From NCBI GenBank assembly GCA_046303115.1, contig JBKCGZ010000166.1:6389-70388 (forward strand): 64,000 nucleotides of DNA, in the 5' to 3' direction. Positions 20,265 to 29,105 of this stretch are shown here, piece after piece. The DNA is from Bacteroidota bacterium. GTDB taxonomy: Bacteria; Bacteroidota; Bacteroidia; AKYH767-A; OLB10. Made by a program: the position numbers and the translations under genes. Within the stretch, counting starts at the first letter, position 1. Every line of letters begins with the position of its first letter. The notes below the pieces were generated by a model that worked only from the letters and a program-made list of their open reading frames with translations, did no database searches and had not been told where the DNA came from.

Positions 20265-21343
20265 TTCTTGTTTAACACCTGAAGTAACTCTGGTTCCTTA
20301 AACTCCTTTTCAGCAGTGCCCACCCAATTCTTTACGATATTTCCATTCCACATATAAAATACGCCTGGAGTAGAACCACCATCACCTAAAACAGTCCAGA
20401 AGGTTGGAATATCTAAAACTCGATATGGTAATTGTGCACCTGCATACTGGAAGAACTCTGGAATTTTAAATGTCTCTTCATCCATAAAGAAAATATACAC
20501 CTTAGGAAATCCAGGGTTCTTTGAAAGCTTTACTAAAGTCTTAGCGGTATTCTGGCAATGATCACAACCAGCAGCAAAGAAACAAACGATTTTCTTTCCA
20601 TTATCGATATTTACTTTCTTATCTCCGAAAATGGCATAATCACTAAAACGTGATTTTACTTTCGCAGGACCTGGATCAACAGCAGCTGTATCCTTTTTTA
20701 GTGTATCAATTTTCGCTTTACTTGTATCACCTGGTAATATACCTAACACATCTTTACTAGTATTAGTAACAGAAGAAGCATCGTTTAATGTTTCTTCAAC
20801 TTCAACTGCAGGCAATGGATTGTTTGTGGCTTTTGCACATGGACAAAATGGAAATAAAACATACATCAAAAGCGTGCATATCAACCAAATTATTAGCAAT
20901 ACACTAAAACGATTTTTAGATTTTTTATCATCTTGAGTGTTTTTGTAAACAAACATTAATAAAATAATAGTCACTACATTTTTGATGAATGCCTCTAAAG
21001 GTGTCATTGGCAACAACTGACCGAAGCAACCACAATTACCACTCATAGCACCATGCTTTACCATTTCGATGGTAAGATGGGCACAAAACACCACTAACAA
21101 TCCGATAGTAGCAGGAATAACGATTCGCTTCAGATAATGTGGCTGAATGATCATTACACCTAAGGCAAGTTCTAAAGCAATTAACGCTCTCGAAAAATAA
21201 GGCGCCCAGCACCATGACATTAAACCTAAATCGACCAATTGCTTTTCGAATGCCCAAATAGGAAACATTTTAGCAACAGCAGAAAACACAAACAATACAA
21301 AAATCAAAAATCGAATGACAAGGGAAATGTTTTGTTTATTCAT
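20261..21343 (-). CDS. MauE/DoxX-family redox membrane domain fused to a thioredoxin-like (TlpA-like) domain
   Basis: 360 aa. Four-TM N-half with GNCGCFG. Soluble C-half with the CxxC motif FFAAGCDHCQN. Confidence 0.6.
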   Translation of the reverse strand: MNKQNISLVIRFLIFVLFVFSAVAKMFPIWAFEKQLVDLGLMSWCWAPYFSRALIALELALGVMIIQPHYLKRIVIPATIGLLVVFCAHLTIEMVKHGAMSGNCGCFGQLLPMTPLEAFIKNVVTIILLMFVYKNTQDDKKSKNRFSVLLIIWLICTLLMYVLFPFCPCAKATNNPLPAVEVEETLNDASSVTNTSKDVLGILPGDTSKAKIDTLKKDTAAVDPGPAKVKSRFSDYAIFGDKKVNIDNGKKIVCFFAAGCDHCQNTAKTLVKLSKNPGFPKVYIFFMDEETFKIPEFFQYAGAQLPYRVLDIPTFWTVLGDGGSTPGVFYMWNGNIVKNWVGTAEKEFKEPELLQVLNKK

Positions 21344-21359
21344 AGCAATAAAATTTAGT

Positions 21360-21905
21360 TTATTTTAATTCATCAAGCTTAATTAATGCAAAAACAGCGT
21401 AATTAATTATGTCTTGATAATTGGCATCAACTCCTTCACTAATTAACGTAGTACCGTGATTATCTTCAATCTGCTTAATTCGTTTTAATTTCATCAAGAT
21501 TAAATCAGTCATAGAACTAACACGCATTTCTCTCCAAGCCTCGCCATAATCATGGTTCTTATTCAGCATTAAATTTTTCACTTCTGAAATCTTTGAATCA
21601 TATAATGAAACAGCTCTTTGATATTCTAATTCTGAAGTATCATCAGTCCCCAATTCAATTTGAATGAGTGCCATTATGGAATAATTGATAATTCCGATGA
21701 ACTCACTATCAATCCCCTCAGTGACCTTTTGTTCGCCTTTGGTCTCAATACTTCTGATTCGGTTAGCTTTAATTTGAATTTGATCCGTTAATGAAGTGGC
21801 GCGTAAAATCCTCCATGCGCTTCCATAGTCCTTCATTTTGGCAATATAAATATCTTTACAGCGAGAAATAGCTTTGTCGTATTGCAGGGATGTTAATTCA
21901 GACAT
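21360..21905 (-). CDS. DUF1599 domain protein (tandem repeat of the domain)
   Basis: 181 aa. Two similar halves: MKDYGSAWRILRATSLTDQIQIKANRIRSIE and HDYGEAWREMRVSSMTDLILMKLKRIKQIE. Confidence 0.7.
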   Translation of the reverse strand: MSELTSLQYDKAISRCKDIYIAKMKDYGSAWRILRATSLTDQIQIKANRIRSIETKGEQKVTEGIDSEFIGIINYSIMALIQIELGTDDTSELEYQRAVSLYDSKISEVKNLMLNKNHDYGEAWREMRVSSMTDLILMKLKRIKQIEDNHGTTLISEGVDANYQDIINYAVFALIKLDELK

Positions 21906-21956
21906 AATTCTTTAATTCTATACAAATATCAATAATCAGTAGTTAAAACTTATCAC

Positions 21957-22808
21957 ATGAAGGGGAATCTTGCTAACAGCATTAACTGTGGAAACAAACT
22001 TATCAGTTTAGAGCATCCTATGGCGATGGGCATTCTGAATACTACTCCCGACTCCTTCTATGATGGTGGCAAATTTAATGAAGAATTAGCCTTTATCAAA
22101 CGGTTTGAGCAAATGTTAGATGAAGGAGCGATGATTATTGATATTGGCGGAGCATCATCACGACCAGGAGCAAATGCACTTAGCACAGACGAGGAATTAT
22201 TAAGGACGATCCCGTTTATTAAAAGTGCAATAAGGCATTTTCCAGATGCAATTATTTCAATCGACACCTATAATTCGATTGTTGCCAAGGAAGCAGTTTA
22301 TGCAGGAGCGCAAATTATAAACGATATTTCAGGAGGCTCATTAGATGAGAACATGTTTTCTATTGTTGAGGAATTAAAAGTGCCCTACATCCTGATGCAT
22401 ATGAAAGGAAGTCCTGAAAACATGAAAGACCTAGCAACCTATGATAATTTAGTTGCAGAAGTTTATCAATATTTCCAATCAAAAATTGTTGAATTGAAAA
22501 ACCGTGGTATTAATGACATCATCATCGATCCGGGATTTGGCTTTGCAAAGAATATTGATCAGAATTTTGTACTTTTAAAAAACCTAAACATTTTTAAAAA
22601 CCTTAACGTACCTATCCTAGCTGGCCTATCTAGAAAATCGATGATTTATAAATCGCTTGGAATAACGTCAGACGAATCATTAAACGGAACTACCGCCTTA
22701 AACATGATCAGCTTAATGAATGGTGCAAGTATCTTGAGAGTTCATGATGTAAAAGAAGCAGTTCAAACAATTCAATTGTATAAGCGATATAATGGCATTA
22801 CTAACTAA
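21957..22808 (+). CDS. folP: Dihydropteroate synthase
   Basis: 283 aa. Motifs GILNTTPDSFYDGG, IIDIGGASSRPGA, ISIDTY, IINDISGG and IIDPGFGFAK. Confidence 0.9.
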   Translation: MKGNLANSINCGNKLISLEHPMAMGILNTTPDSFYDGGKFNEELAFIKRFEQMLDEGAMIIDIGGASSRPGANALSTDEELLRTIPFIKSAIRHFPDAIISIDTYNSIVAKEAVYAGAQIINDISGGSLDENMFSIVEELKVPYILMHMKGSPENMKDLATYDNLVAEVYQYFQSKIVELKNRGINDIIIDPGFGFAKNIDQNFVLLKNLNIFKNLNVPILAGLSRKSMIYKSLGITSDESLNGTTALNMISLMNGASILRVHDVKEAVQTIQLYKRYNGITN

Positions 22809-23502
22809 ATCAACTTTTCTTAAAGGGCATCAATGCCATAAATACATTTACCTCGACAAGTACTATAAAAAAGAGAAAGATCCACTCACAGAAGAGCAAA
22901 GAAAAAAGTATGAAGGTGGACATATCGTTGGAGCTATGGCACAACATCTTTTCAGAGGCGGACTAGATATCAGTCTAATTTCGAAAAGTCGTGATGTACT
23001 TGTTGTGGAGACAAAAAAACTAATTGAACAAGGACATACTATTCTTTACGAAGCAACATTTGAGTTTAACAATGTCCTCGTAATGGCTGATATTATTATA
23101 AAAGATGGTGATGAGTGGAAAATTTATGAGATCAAATCGAGTCAGAAAATTTCAGAAACAAACCGTATCGATGCAGCTTTGCAATATTATGTGATTAACG
23201 GTAGTGGACTACCGATAAAGGAATTTCATTTGTCCTGTTTAAACTATCCGAGGCTAGAAGTAATTGAAATGAAAATGGAGGACATTCCAGCAGACTTATT
23301 TCAATTAGAAGAGGTGACCAGTTTTTGTAAAGAGCAACTCACAGATACGGAAGAAAAAGTAAAAGATTTAAAAACAACACTGGCTTTGCCTAGCATTCCA
23401 AATATACCGACAGGAGAACATTGCAATTCGCCATACACCTGTGAGTTCATCGGATTTTGTAATCGACCGCAAGAAGAAATTAACGAAGGATTATTTTCAT
23501 GA
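22792..23502 (+). CDS. PD-(D/E)XK-like nuclease-fold protein with Cas4/RecB-like cysteine cluster; function unknown
   Basis: 236 aa. ...VLVMADIIIKDGDEWKIYEIKSS gives a candidate D...E-x-K core. Cysteines sit at the N-terminus (GHQCHKY) and the C-terminus (EHCNSPYTCEFIGFC). Confidence 0.45.
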   Translation: MALLTKSTFLKGHQCHKYIYLDKYYKKEKDPLTEEQRKKYEGGHIVGAMAQHLFRGGLDISLISKSRDVLVVETKKLIEQGHTILYEATFEFNNVLVMADIIIKDGDEWKIYEIKSSQKISETNRIDAALQYYVINGSGLPIKEFHLSCLNYPRLEVIEMKMEDIPADLFQLEEVTSFCKEQLTDTEEKVKDLKTTLALPSIPNIPTGEHCNSPYTCEFIGFCNRPQEEINEGLFS

Positions 23503-25349
23503 ATAACAAATCGATAAAAAACATATTTAACTCCTACCCTTTTCGGTTAATTCTATTTCTGGAATTGACGTTCATATTATTTAGAGTATTATTTGTTGCG
23601 CTTGTATTTTTAAAAGACAAATCCATAGAAGCCATTGATATTCCATACTTATTCATCTATGCATTACGTCTTGATTTAGCAGCCATCAGCTATATTGCAG
23701 CCTTACCCATTTTAATCTGGATAATTTACCAATACAGTAACTGGTCATTATTATTAAAAATCAAGAATGCATTTCTTATAATCATTTTACCCCTCGTCGC
23801 AATTATTTTATTAGCCAATCTGGTTATTTATTTTGCCTGGGGAACTCTTATTAATGCAAGAGCTGTATCATTCTTAAGTAGCCCGAAAGAAGTAATCGCA
23901 TCTCTAAGCAGCATTCAACTTATTTTATTTATTGTTTTTGTTATTGGATTAGGCATCAGTATTAATTCAATTTATCGTAAAACAACCCAACCAAAATTTT
24001 CAAAACCATTACAACTGAACAAGCACTTAGTACTTTTATGGCTACCTTTTTTACCAATCAGTATTCGAGGTGGAATTCAACAAATACCCATAAATGAAAG
24101 CGTTTGTATGTTTTCTAAAAATGAGAATGCAAACCTGGCAACAGTAAATCCTTTTTGGTATTTAATCAATAGTGTTTATAAAGCTCAAAATATCGATAGT
24201 AAAGCTTATCGATTTATGGAAGATGCTGAAGCCAATAAAAACAGAGCTGTATTGTATAATACATCAACCGATAGTACTTACACAATTACAACGGTTTCAA
24301 ATCCCAATATTGTAACAATAATTTTAGAAAGCTGGACAGCGGATATCATAGAATCATTGGATGGCGAAAAAGGAGTTACACCATTTTTCAATTCGCTAGA
24401 AAAGAAAGGTTTGATGTTTGAAAATATTTACGCTTCAGGTAAACGTACCGACTTAATGTTCCCATCTTTATTTTCAGGATTCCCTGCAATGCCAAACATC
24501 AGTGTGATTAAATATTCCGATAAGTCAATACATCTTCCCTTTATCACACATGCGATAAAAAACAAAGGATACCAGACATCTTTTAATTACGGCGGTGAAG
24601 TCGAATTTGCCAATATGAAATCCTATTTAACACAAGCAAAATTTGATATTATACTTGGCAAGGAATCTTATCCTGTAGAACAATGGACCAGCAAATGGGG
24701 TGTTTACGATGAAGTCTTGTTCGATAAATCAATTGCTACAATTAACACTTTACAGCCTCCATTCTACTCTGCTATTTTAACACAAAGTACACATGAGCCA
24801 TTTGCAATTCCGATAGCGAATAAATTCAAAGGCAATAGTGAATCAATCAAATTTAAAAATGCCGCTTACTATACAGATTATTGTTTGAAGAAATTCTTTG
24901 AAAAAGCAAAGAAGGAAAAATGGTATAATAACACCCTCTTTATTTTAGTTGCTGATCACGGCCATATACTACCGCGCAATAATGATTACAGCTCACCCGC
25001 TGCCTTTAAAATTCCGTTGTTGATTTTCGGTCCTGCATTAAAAGATGATTTTAAAAATAAAAGGATAAGCAACATCGGAAATCAACAGGATTATGCAGCA
25101 ACAATTAAAAGCATCTTAAACCTTGAAATGGAGTTGCCTTTTAGTAACAATCTGCTTAATTATAACAGAAATGATTTTTGCTATATGAATTATGACGATG
25201 GATTGGTTTGGAAAAACAAAAAATCTACATTTAAAATAAACTACAGCAATAAGTCCGTAATACCTGTAATTAATCAACCCGACAGCACCAGTATTACAAA
25301 TGGAAAATCATTTATTCAATCGGCATATAATTATTTCATTAATCTTTGA
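23499..25349 (+). CDS. LTA-synthase/sulfatase-family membrane protein (alkaline-phosphatase superfamily phosphoglycerol/phosphoethanolamine transferase-like)
   Basis: 616 aa. Five N-terminal TMs plus an extracytoplasmic sulfatase-like domain: IILESWTAD...LVADHGH. Confidence 0.7.
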   Translation: MNNKSIKNIFNSYPFRLILFLELTFILFRVLFVALVFLKDKSIEAIDIPYLFIYALRLDLAAISYIAALPILIWIIYQYSNWSLLLKIKNAFLIIILPLVAIILLANLVIYFAWGTLINARAVSFLSSPKEVIASLSSIQLILFIVFVIGLGISINSIYRKTTQPKFSKPLQLNKHLVLLWLPFLPISIRGGIQQIPINESVCMFSKNENANLATVNPFWYLINSVYKAQNIDSKAYRFMEDAEANKNRAVLYNTSTDSTYTITTVSNPNIVTIILESWTADIIESLDGEKGVTPFFNSLEKKGLMFENIYASGKRTDLMFPSLFSGFPAMPNISVIKYSDKSIHLPFITHAIKNKGYQTSFNYGGEVEFANMKSYLTQAKFDIILGKESYPVEQWTSKWGVYDEVLFDKSIATINTLQPPFYSAILTQSTHEPFAIPIANKFKGNSESIKFKNAAYYTDYCLKKFFEKAKKEKWYNNTLFILVADHGHILPRNNDYSSPAAFKIPLLIFGPALKDDFKNKRISNIGNQQDYAATIKSILNLEMELPFSNNLLNYNRNDFCYMNYDDGLVWKNKKSTFKINYSNKSVIPVINQPDSTSITNGKSFIQSAYNYFINL

Positions 25350-25371
25350 TCAAAATAAATATCTTTGAAGT

Positions 25372-25869
25372 ATGAATTTTAAAGAGCGACTACAGAAAGT
25401 AAAGTGTTTTGTTTTTGATATTGACGGTGTTTTAACGGACGGTCAATTACACATTTTGCAAGATGGCACTATGCTTCGCAATATGAATATTAAAGATGGC
25501 TATGCACTGCGACAAGCATTTTTAAAGAACTATCCCATCTTTGTTATTAGTGGCAGTAATGCAGAAGGTGTTAAACAACGATTGAAGAATCTAGGAATTG
25601 AAGAAGTCTATTTAAACTGCAAAGACAAATTAGATCAGCTTTCGGTATTATTAGTGAAGCATCATCTAACCTACGATGATGTTTTGTACATGGGAGATGA
25701 CATACCAGATTTAGAAGTTATGAAAAAATGTGGTGTAGCTACTTGTCCTAATGATGCAGTTCATCAAATAAAAGCTATTTCGATTTATATTTCCGATTAT
25801 TGTGGTGGCAAAGGAGCTGTGCGTGATGTTATTGAACAAACACTAAAATTACATGGCCACTTCGAATAA
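25372..25869 (+). CDS. kdsC: HAD-IIIA phosphatase, KDO-8-phosphate phosphatase-like
   Basis: 165 aa. VKCFVFDIDGVLTDG...DG(x)..., DVLYMGDDIPDLEVM and ATCPNDA. Confidence 0.7.
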   Translation: MNFKERLQKVKCFVFDIDGVLTDGQLHILQDGTMLRNMNIKDGYALRQAFLKNYPIFVISGSNAEGVKQRLKNLGIEEVYLNCKDKLDQLSVLLVKHHLTYDDVLYMGDDIPDLEVMKKCGVATCPNDAVHQIKAISIYISDYCGGKGAVRDVIEQTLKLHGHFE

Positions 25870-26821
25870 CTTCTCTATGTCCGACTTTTTGAAATTAGTG
25901 CGTTGGCCTAATTTAGTAATGTTATTTATTGTTCAATATGCATTACGTTATTTCTATATACTTCCGCGACTAGAGGCTGCAGAAATGATTATTGCAGTTA
26001 ATCATTTACAATTCTTCCTTATTGCCTTATCAACTGTTTTAATTGCAGCGGGAGGTTATATCATTAATGACATTGAAGATGTAGCAAGCGACAGTATCAA
26101 TAAAAAAGAAAAACGAATAGTAGGTGTTAAAATCCACGAAAAAACCGCTAATAACTTATATACGTTTATTACTTTTTTGGGAGTCATTATTGGGTTTATT
26201 CTAACTATGCTTTATGATATTAAACTCATTGGATTTATCAATGTGTTTACGGCTGGACTACTTTATTTTTACTCAAACACCTATAAATGCGTAGCACTTA
26301 TTGGCAATATTGTCATCAGTATTTTAACAGGAATGACCATGATTGTATTGCTAATAGTGGAACCATCCGCTTTAGCAAATAATGAGATCAAGGTATTCAT
26401 TACCGGATACGCTGTATTCGCAGCTTCCTTTACTTTAATCAGAGAAATAATTAAAGACATAGAAGACATGAAAGGCGACTCTGTGGTGGGATGCAAAACG
26501 TTACCAATTATGATTGGCAGCGCACCTACTAAATGGTTGGTGGTTGTATTATCTGGATTTTTATGTTGCTTATTATTATTTGCTCAATACTCCTGGTATG
26601 AAACGGTTAATTATCTATCGCAGGGTATTTTAAAAACCGGATTCTACATCGTATTTAGTTATTTACTCTTATTCATTACCCTACCCGTTGGATATTTAAC
26701 TTACCTATTAGTTAAAGCTGACGAAAAAGAATCGTTCACTAATTGCTCCAAAATAGCCAAACTAATTATGGCTGCAGGTATATTTTCCATTCTTGTATTT
26801 TATTGTTCTCAATTTATCTAA
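25853..26821 (+). CDS. UbiA-family prenyltransferase (annotated in this phylum as geranylgeranylglycerol-phosphate geranylgeranyltransferase-like)
   Basis: 322 aa, 8-9 TMs. GGYIINDIEDVASD fits the N-D-x-x-D-x-x-x-D motif. Confidence 0.7.
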   Translation: MATSNNFSMSDFLKLVRWPNLVMLFIVQYALRYFYILPRLEAAEMIIAVNHLQFFLIALSTVLIAAGGYIINDIEDVASDSINKKEKRIVGVKIHEKTANNLYTFITFLGVIIGFILTMLYDIKLIGFINVFTAGLLYFYSNTYKCVALIGNIVISILTGMTMIVLLIVEPSALANNEIKVFITGYAVFAASFTLIREIIKDIEDMKGDSVVGCKTLPIMIGSAPTKWLVVVLSGFLCCLLLFAQYSWYETVNYLSQGILKTGFYIVFSYLLLFITLPVGYLTYLLVKADEKESFTNCSKIAKLIMAAGIFSILVFYCSQFI

Positions 26822-26824
26822 AAA

Positions 26825-27412
26825 ATGAATCCATTATCAGAAAAATTTAAAGGGTTAAAAGTAATCTTAGGTTCGAATTCCCCAAGAAGAAAACAATTGT
26901 TCTCAGAGCTAGGTATCGATTTCGAAGTGATTGTAAAAGACGTCGACGAAAACGTTGGCATGGCAATGCGTCCTGAGGACTTAGTTATGTTCCTAGCTCG
27001 TAAAAAGGGAATGGCCTTTAAAAATGAGACGAAGGATGGAGCTATCGTTATTACAGCTGATACCATTGTTGCACTAGGCGATCAGGTTATCGGTAAGCCG
27101 TCTTCGTTAGAAGATGCATCTGAAATGTTAAAAATGTTATCAGGTAAAAAACATCAGGTAATAACAGGTGTTGCAATTATGTCAGATAAAAAAGCGGAAT
27201 CGTTTTTTGTTAGAACTGAAGTTTGTTTCAAAACTCTGCGACCAGAAGAAATCGAGTATTACATCCATCAATTTAAACCGATGGATAAAGCAGGTGCATA
27301 TGGTATTCAAGAATGGATTGGTATGGTTGGTATCGAATATATTCAAGGATCTTATTACAATGTAATGGGACTTCCGGTAAAAGAGCTTTACGAGCAATTA
27401 CTGAAGTTTTAG
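26825..27412 (+). CDS. maf: Maf-family nucleoside triphosphate pyrophosphatase (septum formation protein)
   Basis: 195 aa. ILGSNSPRRKQLFSELGIDFEV...ADTIVALGDQVIGKP. Confidence 0.9.
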   Translation: MNPLSEKFKGLKVILGSNSPRRKQLFSELGIDFEVIVKDVDENVGMAMRPEDLVMFLARKKGMAFKNETKDGAIVITADTIVALGDQVIGKPSSLEDASEMLKMLSGKKHQVITGVAIMSDKKAESFFVRTEVCFKTLRPEEIEYYIHQFKPMDKAGAYGIQEWIGMVGIEYIQGSYYNVMGLPVKELYEQLLKF

Positions 27413-27415
27413 TAA

Positions 27416-28321
27416 ATGAGAAAAGCCTATCTGCAACTTCACCTCGCCATTTTACTTTGGGGTTTTACTGCGATACTTGGTAAATTAATTTTGCTGGATG
27501 AAGGCCTACTTGTTTGGTACAGAATGGGCATTAGTAGTATTTCTACACTCCTATTTGTATTGATATCTAAATCTTCCTTAAAAATCAGCAAACAAGAATT
27601 TATTCGTCTCGTAGGAATTAGTTTTTTAATCACCTTACATTGGATCACATTTTACGGAGCCATTAAAGCTTCGAATGTTTCTATTGCGATAAGCTGCTTT
27701 TCATCGATAGCATTATTCACTGCCTTAATAAATCCTATCATCAATAAAGTAAAGATTAATAAAACCGAAATTGTATTAGGACTTGGAGTCATTGCAGGAA
27801 TAGGTATAATATTTAGCATACATCAATTATATTGGAAAGGGATTTTACTTTCGATAATAAGTGCATTCTTGGGAGCATTATTTACGGTATTAAATAAAAA
27901 CATTTCAGAAAAAATAGATCCAGCCACAATTACCTTTTACGAATTGTTCTTCGGATTTATGCTATTGACTTTTGCATTACCATTATGGTTTGGAATTAAC
28001 CATACTGGGCTTATTTTACCAACTAGTATCGATTGGATTTATTTAATCATCCTGGCTGTACTTTGCACGACAGTTCCATTTACTTTATCAATGCATGCAA
28101 TTAAAAAGCTCGATGCATTTACCATGAACTTATCGCTTAATCTCGAGCCCGTTTATAGCATCATTTTAGCGATAATTCTCTTTAACGAGAATGAAGCAGT
28201 TGGCGTTAGCTTTTACATCGGGACAGGAATTATTTTATTAACTGTGATGTGGCACGCCTACTCGAAGACATCCGCCGCCATCGATAAAAAACTAGAGGAA
28301 GAAAAATACAAATACGACTAA
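27416..28321 (+). CDS. DMT/EamA-family transporter
   Basis: 301 aa, 10 TMs, two EamA-like halves. Confidence 0.65.
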   Translation: MRKAYLQLHLAILLWGFTAILGKLILLDEGLLVWYRMGISSISTLLFVLISKSSLKISKQEFIRLVGISFLITLHWITFYGAIKASNVSIAISCFSSIALFTALINPIINKVKINKTEIVLGLGVIAGIGIIFSIHQLYWKGILLSIISAFLGALFTVLNKNISEKIDPATITFYELFFGFMLLTFALPLWFGINHTGLILPTSIDWIYLIILAVLCTTVPFTLSMHAIKKLDAFTMNLSLNLEPVYSIILAIILFNENEAVGVSFYIGTGIILLTVMWHAYSKTSAAIDKKLEEEKYKYD

Positions 28322-28325
28322 TAAC

Positions 28326-28357
28326 AAAGGGTGTCTTTCGACACCCTTAACATTTTT
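28326..28357 (+). terminator. Rho-independent terminator, possibly bidirectional, between convergent genes
   Basis: aagggtgtc-tttc-gacaccctt at 28327..28348, followed by aacattttt. Confidence 0.55.
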
Positions 28358-28889
28358 AATTAACTCTTTTCCCTTTTGCTACTTTCTCTGTCTGCTTTAT
28401 ATCTTTTAGTGATTTCTTTTTGAAAAGTAATACTGCACCACCGCCAGAGTATAAATAATATTCCTGATTATTATAACTAATCTTGTATCTGCCACCATCC
28501 TGAATTGCCGCTAATCGATAGTAACCATTTTTGTCTCCTTTACTCATGAAAACAATTCCTTTGTTCATTCCATCTTCAAAAGCCACTTTTACTGTTGACA
28601 TATCTACTGTTTCATCAACTGTTCCAGGAGTTTTTGCTTTTATAACTACCAGTTCATCATTCTTACTTGTTTTGATAATCAACTTTCCATCTTCAACAGC
28701 TTTATCAACTTCTGTTGGAGCACCATTTTTTAAAGTCACTTCATCAGAGATATAAAACTGAAGCTTTGATAATTCTTGATTTGTTAATTTGTATTTTTCT
28801 CTGACTGCTTGAGTAAAAGGAATTTTAGGAGAACATGATGCAAGAAATGCAATTGCTAATACTCCTGATAGAAATTTAATGTTTTTCAT
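28356..28889 (-). CDS. Hypothetical lipoprotein (start trimmed to ATG 28889; the ORF-track N-terminus runs into the tRNA)
   Basis: MKNIKFLSGVLAIAFLASCSPK lipobox. No known motif. Confidence 0.4.
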   Translation of the reverse strand: MKNIKFLSGVLAIAFLASCSPKIPFTQAVREKYKLTNQELSKLQFYISDEVTLKNGAPTEVDKAVEDGKLIIKTSKNDELVVIKAKTPGTVDETVDMSTVKVAFEDGMNKGIVFMSKGDKNGYYRLAAIQDGGRYKISYNNQEYYLYSGGGAVLLFKKKSLKDIKQTEKVAKGKRVN

Positions 28890-28963
28890 AATGCTATTTT
28901 TAAGTCGCGCGCCGTTGGCAAATATTATTCCAAAGAATACTTCAGAAAAACCTGTTAAGTGCA

Positions 28964-29048
28964 TGGTGACCAGAACGAGACTCGAACTCGTACGCCTTGC
29001 AGCGCCACCCCCTCAAAGTGGTGCGTCTACCAATTCCGCCACCTGGCC
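28964..29048 (-). tRNA. tRNA-Leu (anticodon GAG), class II, encoded CCA
   Basis: GGCCAGGTGGCGGAATTGGTAGACGCA-CCACT-TTGAGGG-GGTGG-CGCTGCAAGGCGT-ACGAG-TTCGAGT-CTCGT-TCTGGTCACCA. Seven-bp acceptor stem with two GU pairs, 3-bp D-stem, long variable arm, T-loop TTCGAGT, anticodon loop U-U-GAG-G-G. Confidence 0.8.
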
Positions 29049-29105
29049 ATAAACTTTATTAGGGACTGCAAATATATTGAGTTTGCAGGTTCCATAAAAG
29101 TCATT

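Noticed and set aside
28964-29048. Genomic island integrated at the tRNA
   Set aside because: No integrase, transposase or att-like duplicate of the tRNA 3' end was found within the window.
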